Below the pieces are notes generated by a model. That model worked only from the letters and a program-made list of their open reading frames with translations, made no database searches and was not told the origin of the DNA. Position numbers and translations under genes: made by a program. From contig JBHLMG010000003.1 in assembly GCA_048938385.1 (NCBI GenBank), forward strand, positions 85,190 through 128,752: DNA of 43,563 nucleotides, written 5' to 3'. Shown here piece by piece: positions 25,569 to 35,881 of this stretch; positions within the stretch are counted from its first letter, which is position 1, and each line of letters begins with the position of its first letter. This DNA is from Promethearchaeota archaeon. Lineage in GTDB: Archaea; Asgardarchaeota; Hermodarchaeia; Hermodarchaeales; Hermodarchaeaceae.

Positions 25569-26768
25569 TTGAGTTCAAAAGTTTATTTTGGATCGATACA
25601 ACAAGGCCAAGACGCAGCCTTCGCTTCCCTAGCTGCGAAGTATGAAAAACTCCTCGAGCTTTTAGATTTCTCGACAATTAAGAAACAGGACAAAGTTGCC
25701 ATTAAAATGCACCTTGGGTTCCATGATGGCTACCAAACCGTGCCAGTCTTTTTCGTGCGACGACTTGTAAGGGCAGTGAAGAAATCGGGTGGGTGGCCCT
25801 TTGTTACCGATAACCCGACAGCCGTGTATAACGCCGCTGACCGTGGATATACGCCTGAGACTTGTGGTTGCCCTCTTATTCCAGTTGCTGGCGTAAAGGA
25901 TGGATATACGAAAAGCGTGAAAGTCGATTTCAAGAATGTTAGCCAACTCGAGATGGGTGGTGTCCTTAATGATGCTGATGTCCTGATCGATTTAACCCAC
26001 TCAAAGGGTCATGCGAACTGTGGCTATGGTGGTGCAGTGAAAAACATCGCCTTAGGAGGATATTCTGGACCTACTCGCTGGAACCGAATCCATGGAGTGG
26101 AGAATGCGTTTCCATGGTGGAATGCCAAAAAGTGTTCACCAGAACATGCGCAAAAACTCGTGGAAAGCTGCCCCTATAATGCCTTGTCATATGATAAAGA
26201 GAAGCACGAACTCCGAATCACGCGGTTTTCGTGTCATGTCGGAAACTGCACTGAATGCCTTAAAGTCGACAAAGATGTCAAGTGCTTGAATTTGCAGCCT
26301 GAGCAGTTTGAGGCGTTTCAAGAATTCATGGCGATCACAGCACACAATATCTTAGAAACCTTCGATGAAGAGAAGCGATTCTTCATAAATGTCGCCATAG
26401 ATATTACTCCCCATTGTGACTGCATGGGAATTATTCAACCCATCGTGGTTCCGCACATAGGCGTTCTTGCTAGTCGTGATATCGTAGCAATCGATCAAGC
26501 AACTTTAGATCTTATTGCTAAGGTAGGCTTGATTGAAAGCCAAATTCCTCTTTACTTCAAGCATGCGAACCTTGATCCTAAAGCAGATTTACATCCGTTC
26601 GCTCGATTGTGGGGACCGATGAAGAATCCCTATCTGGTCACCAAGCATGCTGAGAAACTGGGAATGGGCACACGAAAGTATGAACTGATCGAAGTCTTAT
26701 CTCCGGAAAAAACTTTGACAATGGAAAGACCTAAACAAGAGTTTGAACGAGCCCCCTCCTTCTACTAG
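25569..26768 (+). CDS. DUF362 family Fe-S protein
   Basis: KVAIKMHLG, LTHSKGH, GGAVKNIALG, Cys cluster, DITPHCDC, ASRDIVAIDQA. Confidence 0.88.
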   Translation: MSSKVYFGSIQQGQDAAFASLAAKYEKLLELLDFSTIKKQDKVAIKMHLGFHDGYQTVPVFFVRRLVRAVKKSGGWPFVTDNPTAVYNAADRGYTPETCGCPLIPVAGVKDGYTKSVKVDFKNVSQLEMGGVLNDADVLIDLTHSKGHANCGYGGAVKNIALGGYSGPTRWNRIHGVENAFPWWNAKKCSPEHAQKLVESCPYNALSYDKEKHELRITRFSCHVGNCTECLKVDKDVKCLNLQPEQFEAFQEFMAITAHNILETFDEEKRFFINVAIDITPHCDCMGIIQPIVVPHIGVLASRDIVAIDQATLDLIAKVGLIESQIPLYFKHANLDPKADLHPFARLWGPMKNPYLVTKHAEKLGMGTRKYELIEVLSPEKTLTMERPKQEFERAPSFY

Positions 26769-26856
26769 CTAAAATTTGAATGATGTATAAAGACTCCTTG
26801 TGGGAATTCATCATTATGAGTCATAAGGGGGGAAGTTTTACCTGGGGCTCCAGTAT

Positions 26857-27717
26857 TCATGAAAAAACTGGTAGCATGTCCCATTCATCAATAATAGTAT
26901 CCATTTCTGTTTGGGATGGTCGCTTGTTAAAACTGTTGGCAGCATCTAATATCTTGGGCAGAAACTCTATGTCACCTGCTGTGATGAGAAAGCTGTTGGG
27001 TAAACCAAGGGCCCAATGCACCGTCTTGTCAATGGCTTCTTGGTTCTTTAAAGGTTCATAGAAGTATGTATTGGAAGTCTTAGGTTGGCTCCCCCAAGGT
27101 CGCTGAGCAATGGATTTGATAGTTTGCACTGCAACATTTCGTTTTTGGCACAACCCAACTAGCTCATTGAAGTCAGCTGCATAACGGGGATTCTGCATCA
27201 GCGGATAGTTGTATGGTAAAAGGATAGAATCGAAATTAAAACGCTCCAAACTACGCTTATGCATTGCTGGTACTTTTGTTCCATGACCTGTTACACCCAG
27301 ATATCGCACTAGACCTTTATCACGCGCTTCAATAAAGGCCTCCAGCGCACCTCCAGGTCCCATTGCTTTCTCCCAGCCTGCTGGATTAGTTAGGCCATGC
27401 ATCTGCCAGAGATCGATGTGTTCAACGCGTAACCGATCTAATGATCGCTTCAGATCGTTCAAAGCATCTAAGCGTGATCGTTTGCGGGTTTTAGTAGCAA
27501 TGAAGAAGGCATCTCGATGTTTAACCAACCAGGGACCAATGACCTTCTCAGCGTTACCATACATGGGTGCAGTATCAATATGATTCACTCCATATTTTTG
27601 AAGCAGGGCTAACGCGCGATCTGCTTCCGCCTGGGTTGCCTTGTTCAGTGCATACGCGCCGAAGATGACGCGCGTACTTTGATGTTCTGTTCGTCCAAAT
27701 TTCTGTTTTGGGATCAT
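26857..27717 (-). CDS. Aldo/keto reductase
   Basis: GVNHIDTAPMYG, IATK, SLDRLRVEHIDLWQMH, GLVRYLGVTGH. Confidence 0.93.
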   Translation of the reverse strand: MIPKQKFGRTEHQSTRVIFGAYALNKATQAEADRALALLQKYGVNHIDTAPMYGNAEKVIGPWLVKHRDAFFIATKTRKRSRLDALNDLKRSLDRLRVEHIDLWQMHGLTNPAGWEKAMGPGGALEAFIEARDKGLVRYLGVTGHGTKVPAMHKRSLERFNFDSILLPYNYPLMQNPRYAADFNELVGLCQKRNVAVQTIKSIAQRPWGSQPKTSNTYFYEPLKNQEAIDKTVHWALGLPNSFLITAGDIEFLPKILDAANSFNKRPSQTEMDTIIDEWDMLPVFS

Positions 27718-27774
27718 CTTGACCTTCCACCTTTCTATTTCAGCTCCACTAATCAGCTCGAATCAACATAGTCT

Positions 27775-28209
27775 TTATGGTGGGTTCTGAACAGGTCGCA
27801 TCTTCACTAGGAGCAACTTTTCCACATCCTGAGCATCGGATTCGTTCATCACTGGGATGAACAACCACCGCCCATCTCGTAATTGCGGGGCTTCTTGTAG
27901 TATCTGCGAGGTGTTATCTCCCAGCTCAAGCTCAAGGGCTCGTTCAGCCTGAGCCTTACCAAGTACGATCTGAGCTAGGATCCGTTCCTGTTGTGGATGT
28001 AATGCTGTTAGAGATCTCCCTTTTCGTCTGTAACGAAGATTCCAACCGCTTTTGGCTGGACCCCAGGTGCTCCAGGTTCCTTTTATCCGGTAGGACTCCT
28101 CAATGAATCTGGTTAAACGCTTCCAGACGGGGAAGCATGAGCCTAGAGCTGAGCGGATTTCCTCTGGGCTTGGGGGGTGCTTGGGGTTAGTGAAGCAACT
28201 CTCGGTCAT
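27775..28209 (-). CDS. DUF3788 family protein
   Basis: GWNLRYRRKGRSLTALHP and DGRWLFIPV...DVEKLLLVK motifs. Confidence 0.75.
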   Translation of the reverse strand: MTESCFTNPKHPPSPEEIRSALGSCFPVWKRLTRFIEESYRIKGTWSTWGPAKSGWNLRYRRKGRSLTALHPQQERILAQIVLGKAQAERALELELGDNTSQILQEAPQLRDGRWLFIPVMNESDAQDVEKLLLVKMRPVQNPP

Positions 28210-28514
28210 CGATGTGGTCTCCTCTCATCATTAATGCTTTTTCAAAAGTTATCTCCTTCAAATTGGTTATTTCATTCTCTAATAGCTCTTACTTTCCAAA
28301 TCAATTATTTGTATTCTACATAATTCTGGAGAGAAGGGTTTAAATAGGGTCATCAGAGTCAAAGCCACAGAGGTATGAGCAGATGTTAGGTGTTTATTTT
28401 CCCAATCACCTTGCAAACCGTTAAGACCATCCACTCACTTTTTACTGCTCAAACCCATTGTATTCCAATACTGTACTTGCAAGTGAGCGGAGGTTTTCAA
28501 AGGCAGGTGTAAGA

Positions 28515-30017
28515 ATGACTAAAGAAATGAAACAACGCAAGAATGATACTGCAGACCAAGAGGAAACCGTGACCTTCCACTATGACAAGGTCAACGATTT
28601 TTCCAATTGGTTTACAGAAATTAACAAACGTGCGGAACTCTCTGACCAACGCTACGGCGTGAAAGGGCTGGTGGTGTACCGATCCTGGACCGTCGTGACC
28701 TTGAAAATCATGTACCGGCTTCTAGAAGAGGCTCTAGAACGCACCGGGCATCTTCCTATCATCTTCCCTGCCCTTATTCCTAAATCCAATCTCGTTAAAG
28801 AAGCTGAACATGTTGAAGGTTTCAACCCGGAGGTCTTCTGGTGTACTCGTTCTGGAGACAACAACATTTTCGAAGAGCCACTAGCTTTGCGTCCAACTAG
28901 CGAATCTGCAATTTATCCGATGTATTCTTTATGGCTACGGAGTTGGCGTGACTTACCATTCAAACGGTATCAGAGTGTGGCGATTTGGCGTTACGACACG
29001 AAGATGACTCGACCTTTCCTGAGAGGCCGTGAGTTCTACTGGATCGAAGCTCACAATGTCTTCGCCACTCAAAAGGAAGCTGAAAATCAAGTGCTGGAAG
29101 ACCTTGAAATAACAACCAAGTTTGTTGAAGGACACCTTGGGATGCCTGTAATTGTTTTGAAGCGTCCGCAATGGGATAAGTTCGCTGGGGCTGTCTATAC
29201 CGTAGCTGCAGAATCATTCCTCCCGAATGGGCGATTCATTCAGAATGCCACCACACATATGCTTGGGGACAACTTCGCTAAAGCCTACAGTGTCAAATAT
29301 GTAGACGAGAATGAACAGGAACACTATGCTCAACAAACCTGTTACGGTCCAGGTCTAAGCCGAATGTATGGGGCAATGCTCATCATGCATGGAGACGATG
29401 ATGGGTTGATTCTTCCCTTTGCCTTAGCCCCTATACAAGTCGTGATCATACCGATTCCGAAGAAAGGTGCAAAAGTAAAAGTGTTAGAAAGGTGTCAAGA
29501 ACTGAAAAACAAACTCCGAAAAGCTGGTCTCCGAGTGCAATTGGACGACACAGATCGACGTCCAGGAGACAAATACTACTACTGGGAAATGCGTGGTGTT
29601 CCTCTTCGTCTTGAGGTGGGTAATCGCGAAGTTGATACTAACACTGCAACCATCTTTCGACGCGATCTACGAACCCGTGACACCGCTGATTCAAAGAAAA
29701 TAGTTCAAGTCGTGCGGAAAATAGGTGAAGGTGTTACCAAGGAGTTACGACGCCGTGCTCAATTGCACTTCGATAAAGCTATCCAAGATACTACGACCAT
29801 TGATGAAATCCGTGAAGTCATCAATGTAAATCGCGTTGCACGCATTAACTTCTGCACACTGGAACTCGAAGGCATCACTTGTGCAGAAAAAATCAAAGAT
29901 GAGACTGGTGCTGAAGTACGAGGCTCGCGCCTTGACATTGAAGAAAAACCAACTGGGAATTGCCCGATGTGTGGTAAAAAAGCAACCGTGGTAGTCTATG
30001 TAGGCAAGTCCTATTAG
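28515..30017 (+). CDS. proS: Proline--tRNA ligase (archaeal/eukaryotic type)
   Basis: EAEHVEGF, LRPTSE, PFLRGREF, HGDDDGLILP, WEMRGVPLRLEVG, C-terminal Zn domain ending KSY; ATG 28515 after AGGTG SD. Confidence 0.97.
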   Translation: MTKEMKQRKNDTADQEETVTFHYDKVNDFSNWFTEINKRAELSDQRYGVKGLVVYRSWTVVTLKIMYRLLEEALERTGHLPIIFPALIPKSNLVKEAEHVEGFNPEVFWCTRSGDNNIFEEPLALRPTSESAIYPMYSLWLRSWRDLPFKRYQSVAIWRYDTKMTRPFLRGREFYWIEAHNVFATQKEAENQVLEDLEITTKFVEGHLGMPVIVLKRPQWDKFAGAVYTVAAESFLPNGRFIQNATTHMLGDNFAKAYSVKYVDENEQEHYAQQTCYGPGLSRMYGAMLIMHGDDDGLILPFALAPIQVVIIPIPKKGAKVKVLERCQELKNKLRKAGLRVQLDDTDRRPGDKYYYWEMRGVPLRLEVGNREVDTNTATIFRRDLRTRDTADSKKIVQVVRKIGEGVTKELRRRAQLHFDKAIQDTTTIDEIREVINVNRVARINFCTLELEGITCAEKIKDETGAEVRGSRLDIEEKPTGNCPMCGKKATVVVYVGKSY

Positions 30018-30425
30018 CTATTGGTAGGCGTGCTTCTCCATCCATTCTCGCATGATTGGATAATAGCCAGGAAAGTTCCGATCGATGTATGTGAAGACCG
30101 TGTATAAGAGATCACGATCGAATTCGGGTCCAAAAGCAATATCTTGCACCCCATCATCTCCATAAAAGAAGATGTTTTCACTAGGTTTAACGGTGATACC
30201 TGCTTCTTTACCTTCGATGTAGTAGTCCCAACGGATGAATAGTTTCTGAAAGAACTCAACATCGAGGGAGCGGTTTATTGTGATGTTCGCATACCCAGAT
30301 GCAGTTACTTCGATTTCGAGGTTTCCAAGGAATATAGTGTCACCTGATATAACTGGCTTCACTGCAGCCAATAAAGTAATGAGAGCATCTTTGCTCGCCT
30401 GTTTAGTCGCTTCATTAGACGACAA
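30018..30425 (-). CDS. Hypothetical protein
   Basis: 135-aa ORF with globular composition, abutting the proS stop; no family recognised. Confidence 0.6.
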   Translation of the reverse strand: MSSNEATKQASKDALITLLAAVKPVISGDTIFLGNLEIEVTASGYANITINRSLDVEFFQKLFIRWDYYIEGKEAGITVKPSENIFFYGDDGVQDIAFGPEFDRDLLYTVFTYIDRNFPGYYPIMREWMEKHAYQ

Positions 30426-30526
30426 ACCCGATATCCCCTCTATAAATCAACATAGTGGTATTTGATTATTCCGTTTAATAATTTCATAGGCGAAAAGGGG
30501 CTTGAACGAAGAGCAACTAGTCCCTA

Positions 30527-31000
30527 CTACTTGGTAGAACCATTGGTTCGTGCTTCTAGTAAGTCGTAGGCGAGTCCTGTAGTTATGCTGACGATGTCAC
30601 GACATCGCGTTTCCCATAGTTTCAGCTCTTGATAGGCACGACGGTCCTCGTCCACTGCGAGATTCAATCCAATGAGATCGCGACAACGGAGATGTCCAAA
30701 TCGGGCAATAAACAAGTTAGCCATAGTGGTACTGAATTCATAAGGAACTGTCTCCGCCGTTGTTTCTTCAACTTGGTTTCGACCAAACTTTAACCCCAAT
30801 CCCATGATGGCTCCAGAAGCGGCACCACACACTTCGCCTAACTGACCTATTCCTGCACCAAAACCAGTGGCAATTTTTGGGATGATGTCACTTTTCACAT
30901 TGAGAGTTTGACTTAAGGCGAGTAGAATGGACTCAGAACATAGAAACCCCTGTTCTGCACTTCGTTGAGCGAGTTTGATTGTCTCATCCTTTGACAACAT
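30527..31000 (-). CDS. C_GCAxxG_C_C family putative redox protein
   Basis: FLCSES, GFGAGIG, VCGAASG, CRDL, final Cys. Confidence 0.9.
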   Translation of the reverse strand: MLSKDETIKLAQRSAEQGFLCSESILLALSQTLNVKSDIIPKIATGFGAGIGQLGEVCGAASGAIMGLGLKFGRNQVEETTAETVPYEFSTTMANLFIARFGHLRCRDLIGLNLAVDEDRRAYQELKLWETRCRDIVSITTGLAYDLLEARTNGSTK

Positions 31001-31038
31001 ACTTGAAAACCCCTAATATTCTAGCAATTGAAACTCAA

Positions 31039-33069
31039 TTAGTTTCTGCTTTCCTCTCCTTTTTGGCCTTCGGTAGTATCTGAATCGGACGATGATCCAG
31101 AAGACGGATCATGTCGATATCGCCAAAGTAGTATTACAAGAATCGCTAGCCAAATGGGTAGAATCCACAATTGGAGCGAAGGAGCGAGAAAGGAAGCAAT
31201 CACCTGGCTAATAGCTGAGCCTGCGATAAATCCGACTGCGATGACTTGCCCACGCTTGGCAAACCACTCAGTGCTATATTTTTTCTGGGCATACAAACGG
31301 AGGAATCCACCTATACTAAAGGGAATAAAGTAAGATGGGGGCAAAAACATGGCCAAGGCAACCCCCAGCGATGAAACGGGAAATAACGCTGCAAGCAAGC
31401 CCACGACACCGCCATAAATGAAGAAGGAGGTAAAGTCGAAACCCACGCCAATAGCTTGGTTGGCAAAGAGCGAGACGATGGCAAACCCTTGAATAACGCC
31501 GACAGCAGGAAAGGTCACCGTTGGAAACCCAACGAGATACCATGCAGCTAATACAAAGGCCACGCTAGTAATGATGCCTGGAAAAGTCTTGACAAGTTGA
31601 GCAATTAGAATTGCGCGGCGAGGTGTCTCTGTCATGACGCCAATCTTCATATTTCCTAAGGCATCAGTCGTTTGAAAGGGATTGATTACCGGATACGCCA
31701 TGAAGGGTACATAACCTCGGAATCCCACCATCGTGAGGGGAATCTCATAGAAGGCTAGTCGCTGAACTCCCATGCCAAGGCCTGCCTCACCAACGAACTT
31801 AATCAGAACGAAAGTATCGATGATGGCGACAGGTAATAAGAGAACGATTGAAATAAGTATTCCAACCCAGAGGGGATAGAGCGAGAAGACATTGAGCGCA
31901 GAGACAAGGACGATGAAAATCACCATTATTAAAAGGTAGAGTGGTCCAAGAAGGCGATTAGCAAAAAGTCCTTTGAAATAAATTTTGATGTAATCGCCAA
32001 AGCCTACAACACTTCCCTCTTCTGGCTTAACAGATTGCTCAAGAGTTTCGGAGGCTTCCTTGGCATTCCGTCGTTTTCTCAGTCGATTAATGGCAAAGAC
32101 GATTAATCCACTAATTAACATAATGCCTAAGGCTGGACTAAAGGTGTATTGAAAGAGGAGATTGAAATAGAAATCCTGTCCGGTCAGAGCGGGTGTTACG
32201 ACACCTAGGGACACCAGAATTGGGGCAATCACTAAGTAAGTGATGATTCCTGCAAAGAGCATCGAGATGGAAACTTTAGGATCGATTATGAAAGACACCG
32301 CTAAAAGACTGATGTTGAGAATGAAGCCTAAAGCAAACCCTAAAGGCAGAAAGGGGGTGAAATCCCAATTGATTGCTGAGAAACCGAAGGGGGCAACTAA
32401 GGCATTAATGAAATATTGGAGTACTGTTACTACGATACCAATGGCTAACCAACGAAACATGAACCGACTTTGTTGCCCTGCCTGCATGCAAGTATTGATG
32501 GTTACTCCACTGGCTAAGTAGAAGGGGAAGGAGGTCTTGGGGCGACTATGAACATAATCAACAACGGCTAGGGCTGTAATGAAACCCAGAAATGTGCCCA
32601 ACAGAATGACACTTATATGAAAGAGGATTGGCGGGAGCCAGCTTGGATCGAAGGGTGTTCCATAGAGCAAGACATCTTTAGGAGGAGCGAGCCACCACGG
32701 GAGTGTAAAGGCGGTGTAGGCTTGGATGTACATTGCAATAGTCAATGTATAGTAGACAACAAAACCTGTTGAGGCAATCATCGTCGTTGTAATTTCCTGG
32801 CGATTTGACCCACCGCGACCAACATGAAACAGGGTATAAGCGGTCAGTACGGTGAGGATTCCAAATCCCAAGCCAAATCCGAAGTTGATGCCTAGATAGG
32901 CATTGATCACTGTATAAACCATGTTAAGAATGATCGCAAGGCTAATTCCTCGAAAAGTTATTACTCGGCTTGAAATCCTCTGAGGCGGAGTTGCATCAGT
33001 TTCACATTGGAGTTCTGACTGGATTTCATTTGCTCCAATACCCTTACCAGGGTCTTTTGTATCTGTCAT
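31039..33069 (-). CDS. OPT/YSL-family oligopeptide transporter-like protein
   Basis: ITFRGI...INAYLGINFG, KIGVMTETPRRAILIAQ, LAMFLP, GFIAG motifs; polytopic; start 33069 or 33093. Confidence 0.78.
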   Translation of the reverse strand: MTDTKDPGKGIGANEIQSELQCETDATPPQRISSRVITFRGISLAIILNMVYTVINAYLGINFGFGLGFGILTVLTAYTLFHVGRGGSNRQEITTTMIASTGFVVYYTLTIAMYIQAYTAFTLPWWLAPPKDVLLYGTPFDPSWLPPILFHISVILLGTFLGFITALAVVDYVHSRPKTSFPFYLASGVTINTCMQAGQQSRFMFRWLAIGIVVTVLQYFINALVAPFGFSAINWDFTPFLPLGFALGFILNISLLAVSFIIDPKVSISMLFAGIITYLVIAPILVSLGVVTPALTGQDFYFNLLFQYTFSPALGIMLISGLIVFAINRLRKRRNAKEASETLEQSVKPEEGSVVGFGDYIKIYFKGLFANRLLGPLYLLIMVIFIVLVSALNVFSLYPLWVGILISIVLLLPVAIIDTFVLIKFVGEAGLGMGVQRLAFYEIPLTMVGFRGYVPFMAYPVINPFQTTDALGNMKIGVMTETPRRAILIAQLVKTFPGIITSVAFVLAAWYLVGFPTVTFPAVGVIQGFAIVSLFANQAIGVGFDFTSFFIYGGVVGLLAALFPVSSLGVALAMFLPPSYFIPFSIGGFLRLYAQKKYSTEWFAKRGQVIAVGFIAGSAISQVIASFLAPSLQLWILPIWLAILVILLWRYRHDPSSGSSSDSDTTEGQKGEESRN

Positions 33070-33330
33070 CAAAAGGCTCCTCACAACATGCATTTGACAA
33101 ACGAGGGTTCAAATTTCGCAGACTTCATTTGTTTTAGTACAAATGCATTGCGCAGTTGGCAATGAAGTATAGGACTCTTCACCAATCAATGAAGGAACTC
33201 GTTAGCTTAAGGCAAGGCTCTTTGAGCAACTATGCATGTCTATGGTGCAAACCTGTAAGGTCTCCAGAATCGCAAGACAGTGCAACTCAAATACTAAAAC
33301 TCCCCTGTCGAACCAGAGGTTACGGTTCCA

Positions 33331-34506
33331 ATGATTGATTTTCACCTTACTGACGAACAAGTGGCCCTCCGTGATAAAGCCCGACAATTTGCCCTCAATG
33401 AGGTTCTCCCCGTCTCACTGCACTATGATCAGACGGGTGAATTCCCACGAGAAGTCATCGCTAAAGCTCACAAAGCCGGGTTGATGAATCTCAGTATTCC
33501 CAAAGCCTATGGAGGTCAAGAGGCTGGCTCCCTCGAATCTGCTTTGGTCGTTGAAGAAATGGCCGCAGCCTGTGCAGGAATGACAACATCGATCTATGTT
33601 AATGATCTTGGTTTAACTCCTATAATTTTAGGAGGAACCGAGGTTCAGAAGAAAAAATGGTTACCACCATTCACCAGGGAGCTTCAACTCGCTAGTTTTG
33701 CGACTAGTGAACCCGGCATGGGTTCCGATGTAGCTGGGATACAAACCACTTACACCCGAGACGGTGATACCTTCATCCTCAACGGTAACAAGTTTTGGAT
33801 CACGAATGGAAACCATGCGAACCTCTACACAATTTTTGCCAGACAAGAAGGCACCAAACGCCATGCGGGGATAACTGCTTTCGTAGTTCCTAGTGATACT
33901 GAAGGGCTCTCCACAGGGAAGCCCTTACAGAAACTGGGACATCGCGCCTCCGACACAGCCGCCGTTATTTTGCGTAACGCCAAGGTTCCAGCAGAAAATG
34001 TGCTTGGTAGTGAGGGGATGGGCTTTCTCCTTGCGATGATGACATTCGTCAAAACTCGACCTGCAATTGGGGCTATGGCTACTGGTCTTGCTCGCTCCGC
34101 AATGGAGTATGCCATCAACTACGCCAAACAACGCACAGCCTTTGAGAAAAAAATCAGTAGTTTCCAAGCAATCCAAGATCTGGTTGCAGATATGTATGCA
34201 CGCATCGAAGCCATTCGCCTCCTCACTTGGAAAGCAGCCTGGATGGTGGATCAAAAGGTTGACGGTAATATCGCAAATGTCGCCTCTAGCTGTGCCAAAC
34301 TCGTGGGTGCTGAAGATGCCATGAAAATTGTTACTGACGCCCTTCAAATCTACGGAGGTAAAGGCTACCTCCAGCAGTATCACATTCAGAAACTCTTTCG
34401 AGATGCAAAGCTTTACCAAATTTACGAAGGCACAAGCCAAATTCAGCGCTATGTCATTTCCCGGTTTCTCTTCAAAGAGTATGAACCCATAATGAAAAGT
34501 TACTAA
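33331..34506 (+). CDS. Acyl-CoA dehydrogenase
   Basis: FATSEPGMGSD, LNGNKFWITNG, KLGHRASDT, QIYGGKGY, IYEGTSQIQ. Confidence 0.96.
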   Translation: MIDFHLTDEQVALRDKARQFALNEVLPVSLHYDQTGEFPREVIAKAHKAGLMNLSIPKAYGGQEAGSLESALVVEEMAAACAGMTTSIYVNDLGLTPIILGGTEVQKKKWLPPFTRELQLASFATSEPGMGSDVAGIQTTYTRDGDTFILNGNKFWITNGNHANLYTIFARQEGTKRHAGITAFVVPSDTEGLSTGKPLQKLGHRASDTAAVILRNAKVPAENVLGSEGMGFLLAMMTFVKTRPAIGAMATGLARSAMEYAINYAKQRTAFEKKISSFQAIQDLVADMYARIEAIRLLTWKAAWMVDQKVDGNIANVASSCAKLVGAEDAMKIVTDALQIYGGKGYLQQYHIQKLFRDAKLYQIYEGTSQIQRYVISRFLFKEYEPIMKSY

Positions 34507-34643
34507 CAAACGCTCTTGTTTTGTCTGTCATACGAGCGTTTCCAACAAAATTGGTTACCAAATCACATATCTGGGCGATAAAAAACGAAGCTTTGCGAAA
34601 TTAATTTCTAAAAATAAAAAAAGGGAAGAAGGTAGGAATGATC

Positions 34644-35696
34644 CTACCCTCTTCGGCGCATAAATACGTATACGATGACAATCACTATGACGATGACAAT
34701 GGCTACGCCAGCTCCAATGAGGAGGAGTGTTGGGTCGAATGGCGTTATTGGAGGCGTAAGTCCCCAAATGATCGTATTCTTCACAAAGGTTTGCCCATCA
34801 GCAGTTATGTTCTTGTATTCATCGAAGAACATCGGTGCATAACCACCAATGGGTGCACAACTTGAAGCCACGAGTTTGTTCGTTGTCCCGCCAATACCAA
34901 GCTCTGCGGCAACCATTGTCCAGTGTCCTTCAGCACCATTGGTGTGGGCGTACATTGGATCAGTTGTCGGGATTGGATCGTTGATGATGCCTGCGGCTCC
35001 TGTTCTCAGAATAAGATAGACATTGGGTAGAGTTGTAGTCTCTAGGGCCACAGGAGTATCACTGGCATCTACTCCATAGAGCAGCGTTGGGCTGTGACAT
35101 AAGACTTGGTCAACACCTGTAACGGTGGAAGCCACCATGGGATCCGTGGTTGTCCAGTTAGCAAAGGGTCGATAAGCCCCCTCGGCATTGTTGTCAGGAT
35201 CTTCAACCGATGAGGGTTCATACCTAAGGCTTGAACCAAGCACCTCAAGGATCATGGATGCATTGTTTGACCGATAACCCTTAGGATATCCTGCCGTAGT
35301 ATAGGATGAATCCGAACTTGACCAAAGGAATTTGTGAACTCCTGGGGCGAGGAACCAATCTCTGACGGCTTGAGCTTGAGCCATTGTGAAATTAGTGACC
35401 TCGTGCGCCTCATCTTGGTCAGCATCAGGACAGTTAAGGATCAGAGCTGTCACGCCATCCAGTGTGGTGGATGTCAAGTCAGTGATGTTTACGCATTCGC
35501 CACCTTCAGATTCAAACCAATCCATGAACACTGAAACATTGGTTGTCGGTAACGCTGTGTATACATTATAGAAGGCAAGTTTTTGACCGTCGAACATACC
35601 TTGAGCTTGGACATTTGGAAGACTGGTTAAGAATCCGAGTGACATTGAAGCGGCAAGAATTGCTAATAGAAGAACTGGTTTTAGTTTTGTACTCAT
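34644..35696 (-). CDS. Secreted membrane-anchored protein, GIFT/DUF4350-like domain
   Basis: Signal peptide, alpha/beta domain (LDGVTALIL...AVRDWF...LWSSSDS), C-terminal TM + RRRG; divergent from the ABC operon. Confidence 0.6.
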   Translation of the reverse strand: MSTKLKPVLLLAILAASMSLGFLTSLPNVQAQGMFDGQKLAFYNVYTALPTTNVSVFMDWFESEGGECVNITDLTSTTLDGVTALILNCPDADQDEAHEVTNFTMAQAQAVRDWFLAPGVHKFLWSSSDSSYTTAGYPKGYRSNNASMILEVLGSSLRYEPSSVEDPDNNAEGAYRPFANWTTTDPMVASTVTGVDQVLCHSPTLLYGVDASDTPVALETTTLPNVYLILRTGAAGIINDPIPTTDPMYAHTNGAEGHWTMVAAELGIGGTTNKLVASSCAPIGGYAPMFFDEYKNITADGQTFVKNTIIWGLTPPITPFDPTLLLIGAGVAIVIVIVIVIVYVFMRRRG

Positions 35697-35881
35697 TTTG
35701 ATTACCCTCGGAGACTCGTTTTTTCTCCGATTTGTTTCTACAGGCTAGCTATGTTCTATAAAGTCTTTGCCCTGTTTTGGTCTTCTAAGTCTAGGCAGTC
35801 ATGATGGAATGACCAACAAAAAAAGATATGAACACCTTCTTGCCAATCAACCCACAGATTTCGACTGGAGTGTTAAATTAA

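Noticed and set aside
33094-33330. tRNA or other ncRNA in the longer intergenic gaps (also 2891-3071, 4383-4561)
   Set aside because: No cloverleaf, T-loop consensus in context, or extended stems found by eye.
33925-34509. 194-aa antisense ORF
   Set aside because: Shadow of the well-supported acyl-CoA dehydrogenase.
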